A stretch of DNA of 64,000 nt from Cenococcum geophilum (Eukaryota), in NCBI GenBank assembly GCA_050273025.1, contig CP158636.1:5828001-5892000 (forward strand), written 5' to 3'. The position numbers were made by a program, and so were the translations under genes. This document shows, piece after piece, positions 37,476 to 48,541 of the stretch. The stretch's first letter is position 1, and the number at the start of each line of letters is the position of its first letter. The notes under the pieces were generated by a model. The model did not search any database. It was not told the DNA's origin and saw nothing but the letters and a program-made list of their open reading frames with translations.

Positions 37476-40400
37476 ATGTCTGGTATAAAAGGCACGCTGG
37501 AAGCTCAATCGTGTCGACCAAGGCAGTTAAAATCTCGAAATGCCCATACCGCAGTGTCTGAACAAGCTTCCAAGGAAAATAGTGCAGAGCCAGACCGTAC
37601 GTCGAATTCCGAAGCCCGGATCGTACAAGCATCTCCAATATCTAACCAGACAAACCCATCCATGGATTACGAGCTGCGTTGGACCAGATCATCGAATTTG
37701 GAGACCGTCTATGAGTCACGCGATATCTCCGGCCCGATTTCAGATATCGTCTTTGTGCACGGCTTGAACGGCCACCCCCGCGCCTCCTGGTCATGGTGTG
37801 GCTTTGATGGAGTAGCCACTACTTTTTGGCCGGCTGCTTTTCTTAGTCGCGACGTTCCTCGCAGCCGTATTTTGACGTACGGGTATGATACCGAACGAAA
37901 GAATACTTGGCGCAACACTATTGTGGCTACTTTACAATTAGCTGCACAGTTCTTGCTCAGCCACCTAGTTGCTCTAAGAGGGCACTCTAACTCGGTAAGG
38001 ATTTGTCCGCTTCCTGCCTCGTTATTCTGTCAACGCTTCATTCTAGCTTCGCTGACTTGTTCGGGGATACTAGGAAAAGAGAAATATCCTTTTTATTGCC
38101 CATAATTTTGGTGGTCTCGTCGTAAAGAAAGCTCTTTCCTTGTCTAAAGGAGACTACCATAATCACGGTATTTACAGCTCCACAGTAGGCATTATATTTC
38201 TCGGAGCCACCGTTCTCAGAATTCCTGATGGCGAGACTGGCGCTGGCGGAACTTCTCATGGCGCTGAAGACCACCACATTGAAAGCAACATGTTAGTGCA
38301 GAAAAAGCGCGATTCATTGCTTCAGCGCATCAACTATCTGCTCGAAGAAGTTCAGAGCGATTTCAGACGCTTGATATCTGAGAAAGGGCACGGAATGAAC
38401 GTCGCATATTTTTATGAAGAACTGCGCCTCCCGGAAATCATGAAGGTAGGACCACCAAGCAAGGATTTCGCAAGGATTTTCTAATATAACACAGATTCAG
38501 GCTGATTCTTGGATGATTGAGGATGAGTTCCCACGCTTGCCGCTCCGTAAAACCTGCTCAGTATGTCAGGCTAGTATTTTTGTGGAGACTCTGGTGCTAA
38601 AATAAAACAATTAAGGAACTCGTCAAATTCGCGAGCCCCAACGACGTTGCATACAAGCGCATACTTGGTGAAATTAAAAAAATGATTCAACCTCTCAGCT
38701 TATTAGCCCTGGAATTAAGACGAGAAGATAGAGGTTAGCAGCAAAGATTTGGTAACCCCTATCCGTAATATTAATCTACTAGGCAGAGTTCCTTGAATCT
38801 TTGTCATTTCCAGAAATGGAGGAAGCTGTCAAAGTAGACGATCTGGTAGCCGACGGTACATGTGTCTGGCTTTCTGAACATCCAAAATATAGACAATGGC
38901 TTACTCAATCCGGTTCCACACCTCTCTGGATCAAAGGCAAACCAGGTTCTGGAAAAACCACGCTCAAAACCTATTTGGTCCGTGAATTCCAACAGAAAAC
39001 CCCACGGCATTACAAACCGGTCTTAGTAGCTACTTTTCTCTTCCATAGTGGTGGTCACTTCATGCGACGTAGTGCGTCAGGCCTTTTTCAGTCACTTCTA
39101 TACCAGGTTTTTCCTCAAGTCCCCGCGTCTCTGGTCAATGTCACGAATACTTTTAACGCAAAATGCGAGGTGGTTGGTAGGCCAGGTAAAGACTGGCATT
39201 GGAATCCTTCTGAGATAGAGGATCTTCTTGAGTACTCACTGGTGCATGCATCCCGACATTTCGAGTTGATTATCCTCATTGATGCTTTGGATGAATGCGA
39301 GGAGCATGCGCGTATTGATGTGGTCGACTATTGGCAACGCTTCCCATCCACGACTATCAAAGTTTGCATTTTCTCTCGGCAAGTGCGTTTGCCTCCTCAA
39401 GCGAAAGAAGTGGAAATTTTCGTGGACTACGAAAATCGTAGGGATATAGCCAATTATGTGCGTCACAAGGTCTATCACGATACTTCTGACCAGAAGCTCG
39501 CAACTATGATTACTGATGCGGTCATTGAAAAAGCCGAAGGCGGATTTCTCTGGGCAAGTCTCGTGATCTCGCTCATCTGCAGCGAGAGAGGCTTCCAGGA
39601 TCTAGAGGGACTGATCCACGCTATACCTAAAGATCTAGATGATTTATACGACCATATTCTTTGGAAAATCGCAGAAAATGACCAATCACTCTTGGCTCGT
39701 CAAATAATACGATGGGTTGCTTGTGCTGCGAGGCCGCTTTCACTTAACGAACTTCAACACGCGTTGTCTGTTAGAACAGGTCTAGTTCGAAACGATCTTT
39801 ATACTCTCGACAAAACCGAGACAACGCGCCGCACCCTGGAAAGCATGTGCTATGGCCTAGTGGTAGTGAGAAGCATTGAGCAAACTGTTTTGGCAGATGG
39901 GCGGAAACCCCGCGTGGAACGTCGCAACGTCGTTCGTCTCGTCCATCTTACCGTAAAAGAATTCTTATTCCGAAGTGGACTGACGGCCCTCGATCCTGAT
40001 TCCTCCTCGATAAATGATGCTGTTGGGCATTGCCATTCTAATCTCGCATTAACTTGCATCTTATACTTCAGCTCGGTGGACTCTGTCAGTTCGGAAAAAG
40101 AAGCCTCAGTCCTAGCGTTGAGATACCCTTTTTTGCACTATGCTGTTGAATTCTGGATACATCATGCACAATTCTCAGAGAGCAAAGGTGTTTCCCAATT
40201 GAACCTCTTGCATTCTTTTCATTGGCCGTCACACCAATCTTTGCAGCACTGGACCTATTTTCGCCGAAAACTGTACGACAACTCTGACAACTCAGTAACA
40301 CTGAAAACTTCTTTTTTGCACCTAGCCTCCGAGTACGGCCTGCTCAAAATGGCTAATGCTCTTTTTGAGGCCGATGCTGCCATTAACCTCCCTAACCTGA

Positions 40401-42452
40401 GGAATGACCAAGGTCGAACACCATTATCTCTAGCAGCCTCGGAAGGTCACGAAAACTTGGTAAAGCTTTTACTCCGACAAGGCGCGAGCGCAAACTCCAA
40501 GGATTTCCCGCTAGGAACGTCTCCACTGATGTGGGCAGCCAAGCGTGGTCACAAAGCCGTAGTTAGACTGCTCCTGGACTCCGGTGCCGACACGAATTAT
40601 AAAGGGAGTCAGTCAGCACTTTCATTAGCTGCTGCCGGAGGCCATCTATCTATCGCCGAGTTGCTCCTTCACGCAGGCGCGGAGCCGAACATTAGGGATT
40701 CCCTAGGGTATTCGCCTCTGTCTTGGGCTGCGGCGGCAGGAAATAGAACGATGATCGAGTTTCTTATTAGGCACGGTGCTAATCCTGCATCAATGAATAC
40801 TCTGCGAGGCCTATCGCCATTACATATCGCTGCTGCTCATGGACACGGAGCTGTGGTATCAGTATTACTAAGAGGCGGTGTCGATCCTAACATGAAAGAC
40901 TCTTGTCTTGGCTGGGCGCCTCTGTCTCATGCTATCTGGCACAGGCACATTCCAGTTGTAAAAATCCTCATTGCCCGGGGAGCTCTTATCTCTATTTCTG
41001 ACCAAGGTATTACCCCATGGGTTGGTCGAGTTATGAGAGGCTTGACTGCTGTGATTGATTATGACTCGAAGGCTGGCTATAGGGCCTGCCCAGGCAACAA
41101 TAGTTCCGCTTCTTCCCCAGACGGTGGTAATATTAATAACGCTTCACCCGAAACTAAACCCTCATCTACGGCTCGAAGGCGCGCTCGAAAAGAGAAAGAA
41201 TCATCTGATGAGGAGCAAGAGGACAGACCAAACAAACGTCGGCGCCTTGATCCAAGAAAAGACCCAGATGCGAAGAAATCTAAGCTCGGACTAGCATGCC
41301 CTTTTTACAAATTTGATCCTGCAAAACATGGCATGACAAGGACATGCACTGACCCAAAAGGGTATCCAGGCTGCCATCGAATCAAGTAAGTAATTGGTAC
41401 TTAACGTTATTACTCCCCACTCCCATTTTCTACTCAGCCTGAGGAAAAACTTACGGAAGCTGATTTCGTGTAGAGAGCACTTGAACCGGAAGCACGCTCT
41501 CCCTATACACTGCCCGAGATGTAGGCATGAATTTAAGGATGACGCTGAGTTGAAGGCCCATCACACTGCGATCACTGCCTGCGATGCGCGACTAGATGTA
41601 CGAGATTACTCCCTTGGCTATGATGCTGAACAAGAAAAGAAATTAAGAGGGCTTAACCTACGACGATTTCAATCCCAGGAAGACTTTTGGCGAGAGATTT
41701 ACCGAACGTGTTTCCCGGAAGTGGAAGAGCCTAATATTCCTTCCCCATGTAAGAGAGAATCATGTATATGAGTGTCATTGAGTGCTAACTATTTGGCAGT
41801 CGTCGACCAGGAGGGCCAGACCTTTGAGCAGTACGATGAATATACATGCCGCGAACGCGCGCAAAACGAGCAGTTAAGGTCTGAAATCGAACGTGTGCTC
41901 GTTGACAATTCGCTCTCTCGGCCAGACCAAATCACCGAGATACTCAACATCGTAAGCACCCAGCAACCAAGTATACGGGAACAATACCTACAGAGCCAAG
42001 GACCAAGAGAGCCATTATATCCTGCACCGCTTGGCCGTGCTGCCGAGCCTGAAGCTCCTCGGCCCGAAGGAGGTAGCCCGATAAATTGTAATATGCCCAC
42101 GTCCAGGGAACAAGCGCCCTTAATGGAAATGTTTGGGCCTGGTTTTTTCGGTACTGAAACTCATCCATTTCCATATGATCGCCAAATGACCGATTCTGGG
42201 TTTGATTCCACTTCTCGACATACCCCTACAACTGCTGTGCACGAGCAACACAATCTGGGAATCGGTGAACACCAACGTCAAAATTCTGCGCACGGATACG
42301 ATGCATCTGATATTTCGTATGTAGGACACCAACCTCAAGTACCGGACCACCCCGAACAGATCAATCCACCCCTTTGGACCAGCCCAGAACCTGCAGAGTC
42401 AGACACCCTCCTCGATGAGTATATCAACCCTGCGCTTGATTATCTTGAATAA
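37476..42452 (+). CDS. Fungal NLR: SesB-like alpha/beta-hydrolase + NACHT + ankyrin repeats + C-terminal C2H2-like zinc-finger region. Exons 37476-37994, 38074-38445, 38495-38560, 38616-38733, 38787-41385, 41474-41748, 41800-42452
   Basis: DIVFVHGLNG, FWP...L...VPRSRILTYGYD, Walker A GKPGSGKTT, Walker B LIDALDEC, GGFLWASLV, several GxTPL/SPL ankyrin repeats, LACPFYKFDP...CPRC...H. Six GT-AG introns keep the frame. The start codon is uncertain. Confidence 0.87.
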
Positions 42453-43253
42453 GGGTGGATCCACTTGTGCGTTACGGAGATGAGCTATTGCTCGCTCCTG
42501 GGTTTTTTTTTGAATACGTACTGGTGGCTAGGTGTGTACAGCACGTGGGCCGACCTAAGTAGAAGCACTCCTATTGGAGCTAATATACGTCTTAGACGAG
42601 CTTTGCGCTCAAGAATCTAAAAGCATTCCGGTTCCATCTAGGCTCAACGGTTGTGCTATCCGAGGCGGCTTGGGCTTGGGAGGTCTAAAGCTGTTGCATA
42701 TGAAAAATGAGAGTATGAGAAATTAAGATTAGGGAGCAAGCATCGTTAGCAACAACTCTTCTGGAAGGAGAGTTCTGTGATTAGGAATGTACGGCGGAGC
42801 GTTTCCATTGATGAGTTGAATCCGTGGGGAGCTAAGGAATCATCATAATATATCTAGCAAAGAATTAGATAAACACCAGTGGTCAACATGCTCCATGAGT
42901 CTGTGTATATTCCCCACTTTTTGCAAATCCATGTCCAAGAGGTGTACACATTACCTCTACCGTTGGGTAGGTACTTTAGGATAAGGGTGGTATTCCTTTA
43001 AATTTTAAGCGCCTACATGTCACCCTTTCTTAATTCTCTAAGAATGGCAGAAATTAAAATCGGGAAAGCTAAGACGTTCTGCATGCCGGTAGTGCGGAGA
43101 AAGATATGATGTGCGGTATTCATAAGCGAGCTGCTGTCAGCGTTGAGGGGTCTTCTTTCGTTGCCTAGTCGCCCATCGCGACCGCATTTTCACACGCGCC
43201 TTAAAGTCTCTCTCAAGTATCAGATTTTCAGTGTAACATCCTACAACTTAACC

Positions 43254-43955
43254 ATGCCTTCCGAAGACCCCGCCTACCCCCTCCACATCCTCACAATCTT
43301 CACCTTTGTCCCCGCCTTCCCCCTGCTACTCGCCCACGGCATCGTTAGCGGGGAAGTCGTCCCCGCCGTAGGTATCGTGCCACTCGCGGGCTCCGCGGCC
43401 TTCAGCGCGTTCCTGTTGTACAAAGAAAAGCGGCGGGAGTCCGACGACGCCCCGGTCCTGCGCCCCAGCATCATTCTCGCCATCGATGCCTTCCTTGCCG
43501 CATGCATCATCACGGTGCTAATATTCACCTGGCTGATCGTGCCGGGCGAGTGGGGACGCGGCAACTGGGTCATGCTTGCTACCTACGGGACGTTTCCGCT
43601 GCTCGCGAATCTGTACGCAGCCTATATTTTCCCTGGCTATCCTCAATTGGGGGGATTTTCGTGTTCAAGCTTGGGATTTGCTAGCGTCTGCTGACCCGTG
43701 TCCCCGTTTAGCTCCATCCACACTTTCGAGGTCTTCCGTGCCGTTGCGGCCCTCCTGTACCGCCCCACCCTCGACGTCTGCCCGCATTGCAACCATAGCC
43801 TTCGCGACTCGCCGAAGCGCACACGCAGACATGGAAACTCTAAGACGAACTACTCGCTGCTTGTGGCTGAGGGTGGCGAATATCACGATGACGAGGAGGG
43901 CGAGGCGAGTGCTGCGTCGAGGAGCGAGGCCGCTGCTAGAGGGTCAATTGTGTAG
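43254..43955 (+). CDS. Small uncharacterised four-transmembrane protein. Exons 43254-43612, 43712-43955
   Basis: ACCATG start, four hydrophobic segments, GTACGC...CTGAC...TAG intron joining two ORFs in frame, CPHC motif and acidic tail, GC3-rich coding style. Confidence 0.75.
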
Positions 43956-44652
43956 GGTCGTCGCCCTCCGACTCCACAATACGTGCGCATGCCCTGTGTT
44001 GAATTGAAAGGAATCGTGATATAGAAAGATGCTTGGATGACTCGTTTTGCTTGTCTTTTGGTGCTAAATTGAATTTGGAGTCTGGTGGTTTAGTGATTGC
44101 TCGATACCATTGTTTGCAACTCGCTTGAATGTTTCTCTTTTCAGAATGAACGGCTAGGTAACATTGAGATGAGGAACGGCGATGTTTACCTTGTTAATGA
44201 TTGTTTATACCATGGATACCAGGAGTCGAGAACGGAGTTTCCTTATTGGATGTGACGGAGTTCAGCAACACTCATTCAAACCCACATTGGATACTTGCAA
44301 TATTGAAAGAGCAATTTAGGGTGCAGCGTCAGTCACTTGTCCGGAGAGTAAATCTTAAATCACCACCCTTTTTGTAATCGTGATTCCGCAGGCTTATTTT
44401 GTATCATGAACAATACCTGACAGACTAATGTTCATAACGGTGTTGATAGAGGCACTCCGTTAATCAACAAGAGGCAAGGGAATAATGGAACTTTGGTCAT
44501 TTCAGCATAATGCTAACAAACTAACACAATCTTCAAGAAAATTGAAGCGAAAGGGTATAGGGCTTAACAGCAACGAGACCAACAAAACGCCTTGTCAACC
44601 GAAACCTAAACTAAGTCCAAAAGGAAACACTCAACAAGAAAATGTACGTCGT

Positions 44653-47172
44653 TCATCCGCGCCTCCTTCCCGAGAAAACCCTTCTAGAAAACGAGATCAC
44701 AGAATTATTTGAATTCGAACTCCCGAGCGACGAGAAACCGCTGTCCGATCTGGCAAGAGAGGGTCCATGGAGCAGATGGCCATACCGCCGTCGCTCTTGG
44801 GGTGACAATTGTGACATATCCACATAGGTGTGGCGGGAGAGAAGGAACCTGACAAAGGTTATGCGTTGTTCCGTTGGCGTTTTGCTTACTGCTAGGTGCA
44901 AAGGGGTTCTCTTTCGCATCGAGAAATCTCGTGCCTCGATGTCTGCTCCATGGTCGAGGAGAATTTCTGCAGGCTCAAGCGACGCATTCTCCGCGGCGAA
45001 ATGGAGAGCTGTCTTTCCGGCCGGACATCTGCTATTCGGGTCTATCCGTGCCCCTTCGTTTTGGAAGAACAACACCCTCAAGACGTCTACGGCTGAGCTG
45101 TGAACCGCATAATGTAGCACACCCCATCCACTGTTATCCTTGACCGATACGTCTGCACCTTTGCGGAGGAGAATGCTGACCGTGGTTGACTGGTTTGCCT
45201 CACTTGCTTTCAGAAGAGGTGTTGCTCCATCCCTATTTCGACATTCGATTGTGGCATCAAGGCTGATTAGCAGCTCGATCATTTCAGTGCTACCTCGAGA
45301 AGCGGCCTGGTGGAGAGCGGTAGATTGGCCTGGTGTTTTTGCGTTCACTTCTGCTCCTCGATCAACAAGCCTTCGGACTGCGATCTCGAATTCAACCTCG
45401 ATGGCATGCATCAAAGGCGTCCGATCTTTAGTACATCTTAGATGGATGTCAGGGTTTAGGTCTAAGACGGCCTGGATGCGTGGCTCATCACGAGATCGGA
45501 TTGCGGATATAAGTGGTGTCCTTCCGTTACTGTCTTTCGCGTTGACATCGATTATTATTTCAGCCTGAGATGGCTGAGGCGCTTCGATCTGTGGTGGCAC
45601 CACTGGAGATGTTGGCGAGGGATGGGATCCTGAAGTAGTGAGGCTTTGGAAAAATTCAGCGAGACCGGTACGTCTTTGAGCTTGATATACGTGTACGAGA
45701 AGTTGGCAGGAAACTAGGCTTTGGGGATCACTGGGAGCCGATAAAGTTATCTTATTAAAAGCAGATCGCGCCAATTTTTCGGCACGCTGCAGATCGGCGG
45801 TGTTGTCATTGCTTAGGTACCTCTTGTGATAGATCTCAGCTAGTAGCTGATGTTGTTTGGCTTGGACTAAGAGGACTGCCTGATCTTCCTCATTCGTAGG
45901 ATCCGATCCGCTATTCGCAAGTTCCAGCATAATGGATAGAGCTTGTTCAAGGCTATGTTGTTTAATATATATTTCGGCCAGGAACTGTTGCATGTGCACT
46001 CGATTATCGAAAGGGACACCGTAACTAGCCTCACGCTCCTCAAGATGGGTAATGGCCTCTATCTGGTTCGTTTCAGCTCGCTGGAAATTTCCCTCCTTGA
46101 ATTCCTTTTGGGCTTTCATTTGAAATGTTTCGATTAGACTAATGAGCATTGGCAGCGGGGTTTTAAGTGATAAGCCGCGAACATCAGGGTGGAGCGATTC
46201 ATTAACTGCTGTTGTAGTAGAAGGACGCCTACCAGCTTCGTCACCTGAAAGCTCCTGATCACTCTCGCTGTCCTCATCGCTGCTGCTATCATGCTCGAAC
46301 ATAAGATCGGAGCTGTCCGAGTGTCTAACTCGCCGAATAGACTCCGCGTCAGGTTCCCAGGTGGAATATTCCGAACGAACACTCTTCGCTACATGGAGCG
46401 TCTGTCGGAGGGTCCGTATGCCCGTTAAATCTAACTCCGGGTCATGGTTGGTGAGAGTTGTATCAACATTAGACTCTATACTTGTACACCCATTGCTCGG
46501 TTGTGCATGAGAGCTGTGGTTCCTTTGAGATAGCAAAGTAAGATGTGAGCCAGCGCGACCCATAGCTCTCTCCAAGCGGCTAAGGCGAGCCAACAACTCG
46601 TCATGATGCATATCCATTTGATTCCGGGTTCGGAAGTGTTCGAAACTATAAACCAAATAGGATCAGCATACCGCTAGTATTAAGTAATGAGTTAAAACGA
46701 CTACTTACCATTGAAGGAGTTGTAGAGAGGTGCGTAAAGTTTGCAGGTGAGTATCAAGGCTCTGTCCATTTTCTTGTATTTTCCGACTGGTGCAAACGGT
46801 ATATCGTAGGGATTCCCGCGCTCTGGAGGCCAGGCTCAGAGACTCTTCTCCCGTTAATCTCTGGATTTCGCGGCCCATGTCAAGCAGAATGCGACGGCAG
46901 GCATCTAGTGACACACGAATACTAGCTTCAACCCGCGCTTCGTCCTTCATGGACGGTTGTGAGTTTGCTTCAGTTTCTCTGCGCCGAAGAACCAGCTCCA
47001 CGTTCTGGATGACATCGTGCAGCCGCTTGATCTTCTTGTAGGTGCTGCGTGCTTCAATACTCGCTTTGCTGACGCTTCTGAAGAATCTGTAAACTTCTAT
47101 GGACAGTTGTACTACCTGCACGGCCGAAGTGAAAGTTTGAAGTTCTGTGGCCATGTTATTGTTCAGTCCCAT
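44653..47172 (-). CDS. HeLo-like/STAND N-terminal helical domain + TPR-like helices + ankyrin repeats, no NOD. Exons 47172-46709, 46645-44653
   Basis: Exon 1 (TFTSAVQVVQLSIEVYRFF...SLDACRRIL) resembles fungal STAND N-terminal domains. GTAAGT...TAG intron at 46708-46646 is in frame. About 7 ankyrin repeats (GRTPLISA, DRTPLMHA, GKTALHFA). Confidence 0.85.
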
Positions 47173-48541
47173 AGTAGTGAAGGGGTGTGAGGGTGAGGGG
47201 AAGAAGGGGGTGGGTCGGGAGGTGTTGAGCTAGGGTAGTTGGCATACATACTCTATAGAAGTCGTCAGAAAATGCACCGCTGGCAAGCCGGTCCGTTCTC
47301 GTGCTAACCCAGGGTTAACGCGCCCGGAAGCTGAAAAAGGCAGGGCGACCAATGTCCAGGGCAGCTAGGCGACTAATTCGATAGGGTAATTGGAAAGCTG
47401 CGTCACAAGGCTGGGGGAAATGCAATCTAAGAGGAAATTCACGCGGTTCAAGTGAACTCTTACCCCTACCCCTGGGGCGTGGGGGGGGCAGCATATTCGC
47501 TGAATCTCCTTAACAGCAAGGATGTATAGAATAATTCCCATTTAAAATTTGTGGCTTCAGTTGAGGTTTCGGACCCCAGAGAAAGGCGCTGTTGAAGTGG
47601 CTGTAAAGAGAAGGCGTAGGCAGAAGTCAAGTTAGCAGGCCTTCCGAGGCTGCCTGTCGCGATCCGGCTTCCCCAAGAGATATGTCAGCTAGATGATTCC
47701 GGTAGAGTAGTCATTATGGTCGCAGAGGTGAGCAACTAGGGTACAGTACAGCTCCTTTGCGTGTCTCGTAGTTCATGTACAGGAGAATTTCTGGGCAGCA
47801 AGCCTTCCTTTTGTGGCTATGAAACTTGTATCCCGATCAGCTCCGACACGGTTTGTTAAGCTGGTTGTCGCTAATGGCGGGATGCGAGAGGCCTGTCAGG
47901 TGTCATTAGCTGCGCAAAAGAAATAACCAGTGTTGCGAAAGGAGAAGCTTGGTGCCCTCAGAATGGTATCAAGTTCCGAGCTTGCAGCATGGCTTCAAAC
48001 CTACCAATTTAGATTCAGGTATAGTGATCGTAATGAAAGTTGATGGAAGCGGTAGACGTATCCTTGACTCGGTGGTTTACGTCCTACGGCTATCGATAAG
48101 GAACTAGCCAATTAGAAGGCTAGGTTTGTTTGGTGTTCCAAAGGCTTGCGCACGGGCTGTAAAGGGATAGCGAATGAGTTAAGACTCACTTCCCCATTTC
48201 CGGTTTAATTTATGACAAAAGAAAACAACCTCACTTCAAGTACATGTAGCAGGCAACAAGGCAACGGCCTACGTATCAAAGCTAATGTGTGGCGGAGATG
48301 GAGTTTGCACGCCACCTCAACGCAGTAAATGCTCAGCCCCAGTCTTCTTGAGGCCAGCCCACCCCTGTGCCGCCGGGTGAAATGAAATGCAAAGGCGCGG
48401 TTATGGGAGCAGAACGAGAGCCTCATATGGCCACTTATTATTGCCATGGTCCCTCCTTGCGGCCTCGCCTGAACATTTATCACTGTCCTCTAAAACCTCT
48501 CACATACCTACCAAGCTTTATGACGCGAGCGTTGCTAAGAC

